Below are positions 23,098-35,322 of a stretch of DNA of 64,000 nucleotides, in pieces. Where the stretch lies: positions 51,894,001 to 51,958,000 of the forward strand of contig OX597815.1 in assembly GCA_951406725.2 (NCBI GenBank). Direction: 5' to 3'. How positions within the stretch are numbered: position 1 is the first letter of the stretch; each line of letters begins with the position of its first letter. Source of the stretch: Octopus vulgaris. Taxonomy: Eukaryota. The position numbers and the translations under genes were made by a program. The notes beneath the pieces were generated by a model that was given only the letters and a program-made list of their open reading frames with translations, was not told the DNA's origin and searched no databases.

Positions 23098-25445
23098 ATT
23101 CGGGGAGGAAACAGTGAGACATGGCAGAAATTCATCCCAAATTATAACAGCCTGGGGAACTGTACCAGACAGCAAGAAGGGAGGCTGGAAGACAGGTGTA
23201 TATAGCCAAGGGAGAAGCAGAATAGAAGTTTTCCAATGTTCAGCAATGTGAGGACTAAAGAACTGAAGTATTTTGGATTGCAAGACACAGTGTGAGAGAA
23301 AATTATGATGTTACAGGAGAGAAATGTGTCCACATGGATGATGGTGCACTTGCATTTAATGATTCTGCAAAGAAAGAGGCTTAGAGATGCCATTATGAAA
23401 GGCTGCCAAATGTGGAGAATGAATGGGAGGAGGAGAGCCTGCCAAATGTTGACCCAGTCGAGGGACCAGCTACCTGAATCAATAGCACCCTGGTAGACAA
23501 AGCAATTAAGGATATGAAGTCAAGAAAAGCCCCTGGTCCATCAGGAGTCACTACTGAATTGCTTAATCTGGTGGTGTGGGTTATGGTCTAGTCACCTGTA
23601 TTGTAAATCAGGTAGTTCACAAAGGAGTCATACCCAATGACTGGAGTAGCAGCATGATAGTTAACTGCTACAAAGGTAAAGGTGATGCTTTAGATAGAAA
23701 TAACTACAGGGGTATCAAACTGCTGGATCAGGTGATGAAGGTCACAGAGAGGGCCATAGCCCAACTAATTAAGGAGAGAGTCTGCTTAGATGAGATGCAG
23801 TTCAGTTTTGTGCCAGGTAGAAGCACCACTGATGCTATATTTCTGGTAAGGCAACTGCATGAGAAATACCTAGCCAAAGATAAACCCCTATACTTGGCTT
23901 TTGTTGACTTGGAGAAAGCCTTTGACAGGGTCCCCCGATCCCTTATCTGGTGGGCGATGTGGAAACTAGGGATAGACGAGTGGTTAATAAGAGCTGTACA
24001 AGGATGCTGTCAGTAAGGTATGGGTTGGCAATGAGTACAGTGAAGAATTCTGGGTAGAAGTGGGGGTTCACCAAAGATCAGTCCCTAGTGCCCTCTTATC
24101 ATAGTACACCAGGCAATAACAGAGGAATTCAAGACAGGCTGCCCCTGGGAGCTCCTCTATGCTGATGCCCTTGCTCTCATAGCTGAATCACCACCAGAAC
24201 TAGAGAAGAAATTTCTGGTGTGGAAGCAAGGTTTAAACTTGAAGGTTCTTAGAGTCAATGTTGCAAAAACCAAAGTCCTGGTAAGTAGGAAGGCGAACAA
24301 ATCACAAACCCCTTCAGGTAGATGGCCCTGCACGATCTATAGAAAAGGTGTAGGTAGAAATTCCATAAGATGTACTCAGTGTAAGCTATGGACGCATAAG
24401 AGGTGCAACAACATTAAAAGAAGGTTAACTGGGATGATAGCTTTTGTGTGCAGCAGATGCACAAGGGCAATAAACACCAAAGATACTCAGAAAACAGATT
24501 TTATCACATGCCAAGAGGAGAAACTAGAAGTAGTTGATAGCTTCCACTACCTAGATGGCCAAGTCTGTAGTGAAGGTGGATGCTCTGAGAGCATTGCCAC
24601 TAGAATAAGAATAGCCTGGGCAAAGTTCAGAAAGCTTCTACCTCTGCTGGTAACAAAAGGCCTCTCACTCAGAGTGAAAGGTAGATTGTATGATACATGT
24701 GTGCAAATAGCCATGCTACATGGTAGTGACACATGGGCTTTGACTGTTGAGGACATACATAGGCTTGAAAAAAATAAAGCTAGTATGATCCACTGGATGT
24801 GTAATGTCAGTGTGCATACACAACAATATAAGTGCCCTGAGAGAAATGTTGGACATAAGAAGCATCAGATGTGGTGTGCAAGAGAGACGACTGTGCTGGT
24901 ATGGTCACGTGCTGCATATGTGTGAAGAAGTGTCACTCCCTAACAGTGGAAGAGGGAGACCCAAGAGGACATGGGATGAGGTGGTGAAGCCCAATCTTCA
25001 AATGTTGGGCTTCACAGAGGCAATGACAATAGACTGAGACCTCTAGAGATGTGCTGTAATTGAGAAGACCCAGCAAGTAAAGCCAGATCACAGCCGTAGC
25101 CTATACCAGTGTCACATAACCAGCCCTTTTAAAAAGTACTTGAATCATTGGGTGACATGCTATGCTTGAGGAAACCTATTGAGTCAAGTAAAATCAAAAA
25201 CAGAATCTTAAATTGAAATCAAAAATGGAAATTGTAGTTGTGGCCGATGCCAGTGCCACCTGACTGGCTCCCATACTGGTGGCACGCAATAAGCACTACT
25301 CATGCATGGGGCGTTGCCAGTAGAAACACTGCCAGATCAGAGTGGAGCCTGGTGCAGCCTCCTGGCTTGCCAGCCCCCGGTCAAACCGTCCACTCCATGC
25401 CAGCATGGAAAACAGACGTTAAATGATTATGATGATGATGATGAA
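23098..25445 (+). mobile_element. RTE-clade LINE, 5'-truncated, frameshifted reverse transcriptase with PHD-like Zn finger, (GAT)n tail
   Basis: NYRGIKLL, QFSFVPGRSTTDAIF, AFVDLEKAFDRV, LLYADAL, C..C..H..C..C..C block, RLCWYGHV, GRGRPKRTW. Confidence 0.95.
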
Positions 25446-25599
25446 TGATGCAAGTTACTTTATCACTCTGTATGGATACATTACATGTGATAACATTAAC
25501 TGGACTGAAGGGAAGGGAGAAAGCAGAATGTGCTATTGTATCCCTAGCAAATAGCAATGCACCTATAGCAGATGATGCAGTTGGTTTGCCCCACCAATT

Positions 25600-25810
25600 C
25601 TTGAGACAAATTTTGGCACAAGGCTAGTAATTTTGTGGATAAGTCAATTACATCAATCCCAGTATTCCATTGACATTTTTCTCAACTCCAGAAGGATGAA
25701 AGGCAAAGTCGACCTTGATGGAATTTGAACTCAAAACATAAGGATAGGTGAAATGTTGAAAAGCATTTTGTCTGGTGTGCTAACAATTCCGCCAGCTTGC
25801 AGCCCTTTTG
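25600..25810 (-). mobile_element. tRNA-derived SINE (array family)
   Basis: gaaggatgaaaggcaaagtcgaccttgatggaatttgaactc; other singles at 32960-33165, 53935-54165, 59465-59682. Confidence 0.85.
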
Positions 25811-25814
25811 CTCA

Positions 25815-26500
25815 CTAATATTAACTGTCACCTGATCACAACCTTTATGAATATATTTAATCAATTTTACAGCTGCACTTATCTCTACATTACAATGATC
25901 TCCATATTTGACTAAAAAAGAAGGGGGAAAATTGTACTACTGAATGATTATCTAATTTGACACTTGACTGTAAATGTAGAACCATTAATTTCAACACGAG
26001 CAAAGTGGATAGCTGTGTAATGTATTTTCCTAAAAGTCTTTCGGGAAATGCTTTTTACATCTCCCATCAACCATACGTTTTGTATTGGGTTTATCTCTCC
26101 CACATGGACCATGTAACGTGCTTTTGGTGGCATGTTGAAATAGAATTGATTCTGTTTGTGGATTTGAAAGTTCTGCATAAACTTTCCATAATGTATCTAA
26201 TGTATTCTTTTTTTTAAAATGAACAACAACATATGACAATGAGGAAGTCTATGCTTTTGAAACTATACTTTACATGAACCCTACAATCTTTATCAAAATG
26301 TTCTCCAAAATATGTAAGAATAAGTTTCATTTGAATACTATCAGTGAAGTCTGGTCTGTCAGCTGGTGCCTGTGATTTTTCTTTCCACTGGAGTTTAAAA
26401 AGGTTCTGAGAAAGAAGTATTCAGTCAATGCCCTCATCTAAAACATTTCCTACTACAGATTTGGAATTCCTCAATTGTAGAATAGGCTCACAGCAGTTCC
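25815..26500 (-). pseudogene. Helitron Rep (HUH endonuclease) relic
   Basis: IKYIHKGCDQVTV, HGPCG..P..MVDGRCKKHFPKDF, FQKHRLPH. Confidence 0.85.
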
Positions 26501-26783
26501 TTTGAATATCACCATGGCCGGAACTAATGTAGGGTGGGGGGGGGGATAGCCCCATCACGCTTGCAGCTCAATTAATTTCTGTTTACAAAACCAACTGACC
26601 GTTCTATATTTCTTCCAGTTGCAAAGAGATTCTGCCTTTCAGCCATTTGAGTCTGATGAGTTGCTTATATTGCTAAGCACTTTATAGGTGCAAAACCAAT
26701 AGCCACTCTATGACCAGCTATAACTTTTAATTTCCTAAAAAAATATGCTTTAGGGTGTGCTTTTTCAGATATATACTGAGGAT

Positions 26784-26818
<35 letters not shown>

Positions 26819-26844
26819 CATATGAAGAAGTGTATTTATTTATT

Positions 26845-26929
26845 GGCGAAAGTTAAGAATACGCACACAGGGTGGTTAAGGTTTTGTTAAGCCCGAAGAC
26901 GGGTGCTGTGCGTATTCTTTACCTCCGCC
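26845..26929. mobile_element. Short hairpin MITE
   Basis: ggcgaaagttaagaatacgcacacag / ctgtgcgtattctttacctccgcc. Confidence 0.75.
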
Positions 26930-27421
26930 GTGTTTTTTTTAAAATATATACTGTTTTTTTAAATATATATATAGCATGCCATAAAATAAGCAAACTAACA
27001 TATAGATATATAATAGCAATGTAATCTTAGTATTTCTTGTGTCGAAAAGAAATGTTAAAGCAATGAAATATTAATTCTTATTTGAACGCAGGCGAAATAT
27101 GCAAACAGTTGAGAATGTAAAAAATAAAGCAGACAGCGATAAAATGAAATATTGCAAAGTAGTTAACAGAACATGTACTTAATATTGAAAAAAACAATGA
27201 TAAATAAATGAATATTAAAAAGACAAACAAGCTGTAATAATTCTTTCTAGTGTAGGTACAAAGACTAATATAAGGTGTAATAAGAACATATCAACACAAA
27301 ACGTTGTCAGCTATTGAAACAGGCTAAAAAAAATATTAAATAAGTAGGAAGAAACACAGTTAATGACAGTATGTAAGACAAAAAAAGCAATGAAAAATTA
27401 GAAGACAAAGTTGAAAACACG

Positions 27422-27591
27422 TTCCCAATAAACAATGTTTGCCAAGTAGAAATTAAATACAAAACCGCTGCTTTCATATATGCACACTAAGTGTACTCCG
27501 GACATAGAGATTTTCCTCCGGGAAGAACCCTGTGTGAAAGAGATAATTACGCATGCTTTACTAGAAATCCACAGTAAACCTATTTTAACTA
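27422..27591. repeat. 170-bp segment duplicated at 28143-28312
   Basis: Two mismatches over 170 bp by eye. Confidence 0.92.
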
Positions 27592-27838
27592 TGTAGTGTA
27601 GAGATATGTGTATGTGTGTCTGCATTTGCCCTTCCCCGCTTGACAATGGTGTTGGTGTGTTACTTCCCAGTTACTTAGCGGTTTGGCAAAAGTAACCGAT
27701 TGAAAAAGGACCAGGTTTTTAAAAAAAGTATTGGGACCGGGCGGTACTCCGACGTGGCCACTGTTTAAGGACTAAAACAAATAACAGAAAAGATAAGAGA
27801 TTTTAATTTGATTGGAATTGAGATTTTAAACAAATTTT

Positions 27839-27935
27839 AGCGAAAGTAAATAATACGTACATCCAGTGTTTTGAGTTAAGGTTAGTGGTTTTGTTATACC
27901 GAAAACGGCTGATGTACGTATACTTTACCTCCGCC
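27839..27935. mobile_element. Short hairpin MITE with 8-bp TSD
   Basis: agcgaaagtaaataatacgtacatc / gatgtacgtatactttacctccgcc; TSD caaatttt / caaatctt. Confidence 0.8.
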
Positions 27936-28069
27936 CAAATCTTTTGGTGTTTACACATGTTGTGATTTTTTGCTTAGGTGCTACTTTTTGTATAGTACTT
28001 TTCACTTTTATTTAGTTCTTTTAAGCTATCGAAATGGTGCTGATTAAAATTTTTGAACTGGCAACGCTG

Positions 28070-28390
28070 CTGTGACTAAGTCAAGTTTACTACATGCTAA
28101 CAAGCGTCTCCATGTTTGAGAACAAAAGCAAATACCAAAAGATTCCCAATAAACAATGTTTGCCAAGTAGAAATTAAATGCAAAACCGCTGCTTTCATAT
28201 ATGCACACAAAGTGTACTCCGGACATAGAGATTTTCCTCCGGGAAGAACCCTGTGTGAAAGAGATAATTACGCATGCTTTACTAGAAATCCACAGTAAAC
28301 CTATTTTAACTAGTGTTACGAGCGATATCTTGATAACTTCGACTTACATCTATGATAATAAGTCTATTATCAAAAGATGGTTTCAGCAAT
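28070..28390 (-). pseudogene. Paralog of the 17.3-kb exon-like segment, carrying the extra 170-bp module
   Basis: caagcgtctccatgtttgaga and gataataagtctattatcaaaagat shared with 17290-17411; ATG followed immediately by TAA. Confidence 0.4.
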
Positions 28391-28409
28391 TCTGCAATTT
28401 CGAGAAATC

Positions 28410-28662
28410 GGATCTTTATCTTTTAACCTACAAATTAAAAAAATAATGGTTAATATTTGGATCCAAAATAATTTGGATCTTTTGACCGGCAGATTTAGAA
28501 AATAATTTGTTTGTAACTAAACGCTTTCAAACTTCGTAAACTGGTAGAATGTGTCATATAAAATATCTTTTACTCTTAGCGTTTTTGAGAAAAGTTTATA
28601 ATTACGAAGTTATTTCGTTTTAAAGTTGTCGTATTTTGGTAATTTCAACCAATCAAGATCCT
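28410..28662 (+). mobile_element. Arm of the ggatc-terminus fold-back MITE family
   Basis: ggatct..aaacttcgtaaactggtagaatgtgtc..ttcaaccaatca, homologous to 18002-18190. Confidence 0.7.
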
Positions 28663-29360
28663 TAAACTGTCCTAACGACTTTGTTTTCTCACAACTCTGA
28701 AAAACCCAAAACAAACAAAAAACAAAAAAAAAAACCCCACGAATGTTTGTTTAATGAAATTTTCTACTAACAGCTTTCAGATGGTGTAGATTACGATTAT
28801 AGTGGAGGAAAATAGAAATCGAGGCGTATGAATTATCCAAAACTCATCTTCCATCCCTCAAAAAAAAAAAAAAAAAAAAAAAGAAGATTCACAGCAAATT
28901 CTGATACATTTGTAATGTACCCCAATCTGAAAGGTATTTGTAGTGATTACATTAAAAAAATATCAATTTTTCAAAAAGTTATCAGGAAAGAAAGACAGTC
29001 AGGGATGGATATACTTCTGTAGTCATACATCCTACCTTCATTCTATTGTCTAACACCCTTTCAGTCATGTTCCAAAAAAAAAACCAAATTCTTCATTATT
29101 TTTATAATTAGCTGAAACAGAAGCAATAATGTCAGAAATACGATCACAAAAGGTGAATTTCGTTCTAGTGTTTATTATTTTTATTTACGTAAGAAGGATT
29201 TTCATTGAATTTTCTTTTTTAATAGCAGGAATATATTGAGATTTTAATGAAAGATCAAGAGAAATAAGTAGAATATTTATACGTCTTAGATTTTTCAGAT
29301 CTGATAGTAATGTAGGTGCTTTTTTTTTTTGTTTTGTTAAATCAATGTCGTCTGATAGAC

Positions 29361-29380
29361 GAAGCGAAAGTGAAAGTCCC
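29361..29380. promoter_or_regulatory. Overlapping IRF-E/ISRE-like and NF-kB-like motif
   Basis: GAAGCGAAAGTGAAAGTCCC; reverse strand GGGACTTTCA; further GAAATGAAACT (29926-36) and GAAACTGAAAGT (29955-66). Confidence 0.35.
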
Positions 29381-30638
29381 ACTAGGTGAAAGAAAATGAG
29401 ATTAATCTCTCCGTTCCCCACCCCGCACATTTTCCTTCATATTTGTTTACTACACATTGTTTTACACCTTTTACACTATTTTTTTTTTTTCATTTTTGTG
29501 ACCAGGTCTTAAACTAGAGATTAAGTTATCCTGGTATATCGGATGTTAATAGAAAGGCGTTAGAACGATTAACACGCGACAATTTTCCGCGAAATTATTG
29601 TCTTTGTCTCCCATGAAAACACTTTCATTTTTTTTTTATTGTTTACGCCGGCAAAACCTTTTTCACTTCTGAGATGGAAAATATCTTCTGACAAAGTAAA
29701 ATGCATGCACTTTCATGGGCCCCCTGGAAGCGAATAAACGATTTAGAGTGTCGACGACAGATTTTGAACTGGCGATCTATCTGTTGTCTTGTTACTCTTT
29801 ACTGTATCATGATACTCTGTTAACACATTCATAGCGATGTTTCGTTTTATGATGCAGAAAGAGCGGCGTAATAAAATGAAAGTAAAATAATGTTTGGTCA
29901 TATTCGGTCGACTAAATTCAGCAATGAAATGAAACTGGGAGAATGTTTTTCTTTGAAACTGAAAGTTCACTTACTGAAAGGAATTATATCGTACGTGATA
30001 TTTGTGTTAATACGACGAACGTTGAAAGTACAATTAACTTTTTGCATCGTTGGAATTAATTCATAATTCAGCAGAATGCTGTAATGAACCAATGCGTTTT
30101 GATGAATCGCCACACATACTCAGATGGAAAAGATTAGAGATGTGTATGCAGGCATGATCAAAGTATTTGACAAGATTTTCTTCTCCGGGTCTTGTATCCC
30201 TTTGCATCACCTTGCAGCTATATTAGGCAGCAGGGCATAACTACACAAATGTGCCCTCCCTTGTATTTGATTCCACACAACTTTCAGAAAAATGGATACA
30301 TTTTATTGAAATTTTCTACAAATTCTTTTCAGGTGGTGTAGGTTTCGATTATATCAGAATTCGTTGTAAAAAAAACAATTTCAGAAATGGGTTCGAGTTT
30401 ATGATAATTCATTCGCACGATTCGACTGATTCCTTACAACTTTCAGAGAAATTGATATTTTTTAATGAAAGTTTCTACAAATACCTTTCAGATAGTATAG
30501 ATTGTGGATCGGATTTTAATGTGGATAAAATGGCGCGCACATTTATATACTAATTCATTTCACATAATTTTTTTCAAAATTTCAAATCTTATATTGTAGA
30601 TATACGTGTGATGTGTGTTAGTATGTATGTGTGCTCAC

Positions 30639-32760
30639 GAATTTAGATAAAAATGGCACAGGTAAAAACAGCACGAGTGAAAAGATAGGTAAAAATAGTA
30701 CAATAAGCAAGATTTCCTCCAGACCTTTGGGATGTACATTGGGACAGCTTGATAAACTTTGGAACGTACATCAAGCTATTCCAATGACTCCATAGCAAAA
30801 TAAATACAAAACCAGTGACTCTGGTTACCATTTATTTCAGTGGCTCTACCACAACCCCATCATGGAAGTCATAGCAAATAATAAAGAAAAAGAGTAGATT
30901 TACTCCCAAGGATACAAGTATACAAAACAGACTAAGATCAACTACTATCAGATGGAGATGTGTTAAGAAAACATACCAACCTATGTTGTACCAGCTAATG
31001 ACCACATCCCGCAGCTATTCTGATTCTGCAGCTATTTTGGCCACAAAATGCATCGACCACATGAAGAGAAAAGCAGCAGAAACAGAAGATAAACCTAGCT
31101 AGATTTACAGCAATAACTTGGATGACTTATCAGCTGAAGGAAAGGCATTACTTCCAATTGAGGACATCATAAAGAGAACTTTGCATAACCAAACATCAAA
31201 ACTCTATCCATAAGTACCAGAAAGGCTCGAAGATCTGAAACTTATTTGGAGAATGGACAGCTACTGCAGCTCCCGAGCCAAAACCATTTTTGTTCTTCGA
31301 TAATGGACCAGACACTGCCAACTGCATCACTGCTTTTGGTTCTGATAAATCACTGTGGTTACTTGCTTCTGCTGATACATGGCTCATAGATGGCAATTAT
31401 GCAATGGCTCCACTGTGATTTCTACAGCTTTATGTAACGTGCGTCCCAATTGATAATACTGTAGTTTCTACTGTTTTTGCTTGTCTGCAGACTAAAACAC
31501 AAGATACATATGAAACCCTGCTGCAAGCAGTCATGGATCGTTGCCACGAGATTGAGCTCTACCCAGACCCAACAACCATAGTTATTGACTTCGAGCAGGC
31601 AATCATCCAAGTTTTCAACAACGTTTTTGAACTGGAAATACACAAGGTTGTTTCTACCACCTGACTCTAAGTACCTGTAGAAAGGTACAGGATCTTGTCC
31701 TCACCAACCACTGCAAAGAGAGTGAGGACTTTTGTCAATTCTGTGGACAGATCGACTCATTGGCATTTATACTAACTGAAGATGTTCCAGTGGGAATGCA
31801 GTTACTCAAGGCTAGATGTCCCGATAAGGCAGCTCCCCTGCTAAAGTACTTCGATCAAACGTATGTTTCTGGTACATATATTCAGAGAAGAAGACGGAAC
31901 TTCCAGCCAGGCATTCCAGCAGTAAACTTTCGGTGCATTCCAGCAAGATTTCCTGCAGAACTTTGGAACGTACAAGCTACCATGAATGACTATCGAAGAA
32001 CCAACAACCTGTGTGAAGGTTGGAACAACCAATTTTATCATCTTGTTGGCGACCAGTACCCATCTATCTGGAAACTTATAAGAACGATTCAGAAGGAAGA
32101 GGCTTTTGTGAGTACAGTGATAGCAAAGGACTCAGTTGGGGAAACACCCAGAAAGAAAACAAAAAAAAGTATATGTTGATCTACAACAAAGATTAAAGAA
32201 TTTATGCAAGGACTACACAGAAGGAAGGAAAACCTTGATCAAGTGTTACGTGGACTTGGTCACAAAATAAGATTCTAGTTATAAAATTCTGTTTCTAAAG
32301 GTTTAATATGAAACAGTGTTCTCATGTCTAAACATATTTGATTTTATCATAATTGTTTTTTCATAATTTTTCGTTTTGGGATTTGGTTTGTAAGATTCTT
32401 TATATGAGTTCGTGTGTTGAAGCATATTCTGTTGTGTCTAGGGAAAGTCATTTTGTTTTTGTGCCTTATAATGTAACACATTCACCGGTAAAATTTCCAC
32501 TTGTTTTTAATTTTTATTTTCCTAAAATTTTCGTTGCGTCTTGCAACCTTTTCAATAGTCTCAAATTTTAAACGTATAAATCTATATTAAGAAAAGGAGG
32601 TTATACAGGTATATGATATATTAAGAAAATAGATTTTATTCAAAACCAATTTTTAAATTAGACAAACTTAATTCTACTTTTTTGCCAATACTATATATTT
32701 CAATAAGCTTGTGTCATTTTTATCTATTTTTTTTTCACTTGTGCCATTATTACCCTTCAC
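30639..32760 (+). mobile_element. Mutator-like (FLYWCH-MULE) transposon with decayed transposase
   Basis: GYKYTK..IRWRCVK, WLIDGNYAMAP, IVIDFEQAII, QGCFYHLT, YFDQTYV, RTNNLCEGWNN; termini (g)taaaaatggcac repeats / gtgccattattacc. Confidence 0.92.
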
Positions 32761-33710
32761 TGTGTGCACGCCTGCCAATGTTTTTCTTTTTTCATATTAA
32801 ATTCCAATATAATTGGAATTCACACCATTTGAAAGGTATTTGTAGAAAATTTCATTAAAAATATACTCCCACGAGTTATAAGGAAACAACATTAAGGTTG
32901 GGAACACTTGAGTACGTATGCCGACAATAGTTGACTGCAAAGCAATATTTTGTTATGTAAAGGCGGCGAGCTGGCAGAATCGTTAGATGGGCAAATGGCT
33001 TAGCGGTATTTCATCTCTCATCATGTTCTGTGTTCCAATTCCGCCGAGATCGACTTTGTCTTTCATCTTTTGGGATCGATAAAATAAGTATCAGTTGAAC
33101 ACGGGTCGATGTAATTGACTCACTCCTCCGAAAGTGCTGACCTTGTGCAAAAATTTGAAACCAATACTTTGTTATGGAGCAGATCTGTGTTGGTAGAGAA
33201 GCATTGATTAACTATTTTACAGTTGTCTGTTGTATATCAACCATCTTGAACACAGATTGGTGGAAACGGTTCAATGCCTTCGACAACATTATCCTGTCTA
33301 ATTTGTGTATTTTAGTTTATTATTAAATTATGATAAAATAAATCAAAAGCATTTTACGAAAAATCAGATATTACAATTATCATTTTGTTACTTCAGGATT
33401 TTATTATTTTCAATTCATTTATAAGAAGTTATTTCATTTTCCCTTTCGTCGGGTAAACGACAATCTCTGCCAATGCAGTAGTTTTGCTTCCTGAATCGCA
33501 AAACAAAATATTGCCCACATTCATATACATATTAAATTTGTAATGTTTTACAATTTACACCAACTAAATAGTGCATTACCATAGTATTAATCATCTGTAG
33601 ATGTCGAAGTGTTTAAAAAATACGGAAGCATGCGTAACCTCTCCCCCATTATACATTTCCCTTCGTGATATAACTACCGCTAAACTAACTATTGAACTAG
33701 TTCTTTTTTC

Positions 33711-34105
33711 AGTACTTTTTGGTTATCTCACTCTCATTAAAAAATTGGGTTATCCCCGCACTAAAAAATTGAATTTATGAGGCGACAAGAGATTGGATTA
33801 AAAGGGTTTAGATCTTTTGACTGAATACTTCAACACATTGTTGACTTTTGGTTCCCTCAATAGGCATGGTATGATTTGTTATAAAAATGTTATTACATTC
33901 AGTAAGAAATTTAATCTTTTCAGTTTTCCTGTTTATTAATTTTTTCAGTTTTTATATTTATTAATTTTTTTTCATTTTTTTTGTATTATTGAGGGTTAAA
34001 CAATTTTTTTAGTTGGGGGAGATAACCAAAAGTACCGATATGTTTCATTAATCGGCGGGGAGATAACCCAGTTTTTTAATGGGAGTGAGATAACCAAAAG
34101 GTACC
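33711..34105. mobile_element. MITE with TIRs and 8-bp TSD
   Basis: gtactttttggttatctcactctcattaaaaaa / ttttttaatgggagtgagataaccaaaaggtacc; TSD cttttttc at 33703-10 and 34106-13. Confidence 0.9.
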
Positions 34106-35054
34106 CTTTTTTCATAAAACCATTCATTTTTGTTTTAATAATGAAGTAAAAAGAGGAGCAAGATATCTATAGTAGCATAATTAATCTTTGATGCCTGAGG
34201 AGGTTCTTGAGTTGTCTGCTTCTCCAAAAACCATGATATAAACATAAAAATCAGAAAATGCTGACCATAACTGTGCTAGTATGTATGCTTCCCTAGACCG
34301 GTCAGATATTGATGTAGCTTATGGCCAGTCAGAATATCTGCAGAACAAAGTGCGTGCATGTGTGTGTATGTGTGAACAGGAGAGGCTTGGTCTGAAAGTG
34401 TCAATTACACTAGATACACCTACAAACCAGGTAGCAGAGGAAAATTAAGTTTGAAATGGTTAGAACTATCACCTATTAAAAAACAAAAACAATGCAGAAA
34501 ATAAACACAACAAAATTATATACTGATGTCTAGTTCTATTTCTGTATAAACTATTATCTTTTAATCAACACTGGATTATTATTTGTAGAGATTAGTTGAG
34601 AGTGGACAGAGGCAGAGAAACAAATGTAGAAGGGGTGAAAGAAGAGCAAAAGAAACCAGCAAATCTGAGAATTAGGTCAATCTTTCTCCAGGTGTGATGA
34701 GTACTTCCTGCAAGTTTTCTCGGTCATTATTAGTAAGGAGAAAGGAAACACCAATTTTCAGATGGTCACTGTTATATTTTGAATCTGCTACTGTCAAGGA
34801 TTATAAGTGGTGTGTGACCTTTTTCTGCTTTTTGCTATAAATAAAATATCAGCTGGAAGTGTTGTGGGGACAATTATCTTAATATTATTCTGTAGGAAGA
34901 TGTATTTAAGAATAAAACCATTATTAAATATGCACACATGTGCACACTCAGTCTCCCTCTCTCCTTCTTTCTCTCTCTCCATATACACTTGTTTGGTAGA
35001 ACAAAAGAAAAAGAACTCAATACATAAGAATATGTATATGTGTGTGTGCATGGC

Positions 35055-35322
35055 TTGCTAGTTAGAGCATCAGGTTGTATGTTGTGTTCTTTCATGTTGC
35101 TTCAGTTCACTCAGAAACTGGAGTTGCGGTGTCACTGATGCCAAGCTGTATCAGCCTTTGCCTTTCCCTTGGACAACATCGGTGGCATGGAGAGAGAAGG
35201 CTGGTATGCATGCGTGACTACTGGTCTGCCATAAATAACCATATCTGGACTTGTGCCTTAGAGGGAAACTTTCTAGGTGCAATCTCATGGTCATTTATGA
35301 CTGAAGGGGGTCTTTACCCTTT

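Noticed and set aside
23576-24925. Intact reverse-transcriptase gene or domesticated LINE
   Set aside because: Several frameshifts and stops, YADD changed to YADA, 5' truncated.
27540-27580. U5 snRNA loop-like gctttactagaaatcc
   Set aside because: Lacks invariant GCCUUUUAC, the flanking stem and an Sm site.
29129-29270. Two-exon mini-gene MSEIRSQK|EYIEILMKDQEK*
   Set aside because: Plausible splice sites but only 20 codons and no independent support.
29750-29790. Third paralog of the 28-kb segment (shared ttttgaactggc)
   Set aside because: Only 12 bp of identity; flanks do not align.
34692-34732. 41-nt exon (ctccAG|...MSTSCKFSRSLL|GTAAGG)
   Set aside because: Good acceptor but no partner exons or homology recognisable; same problem for the donors at 5170 and 63461.
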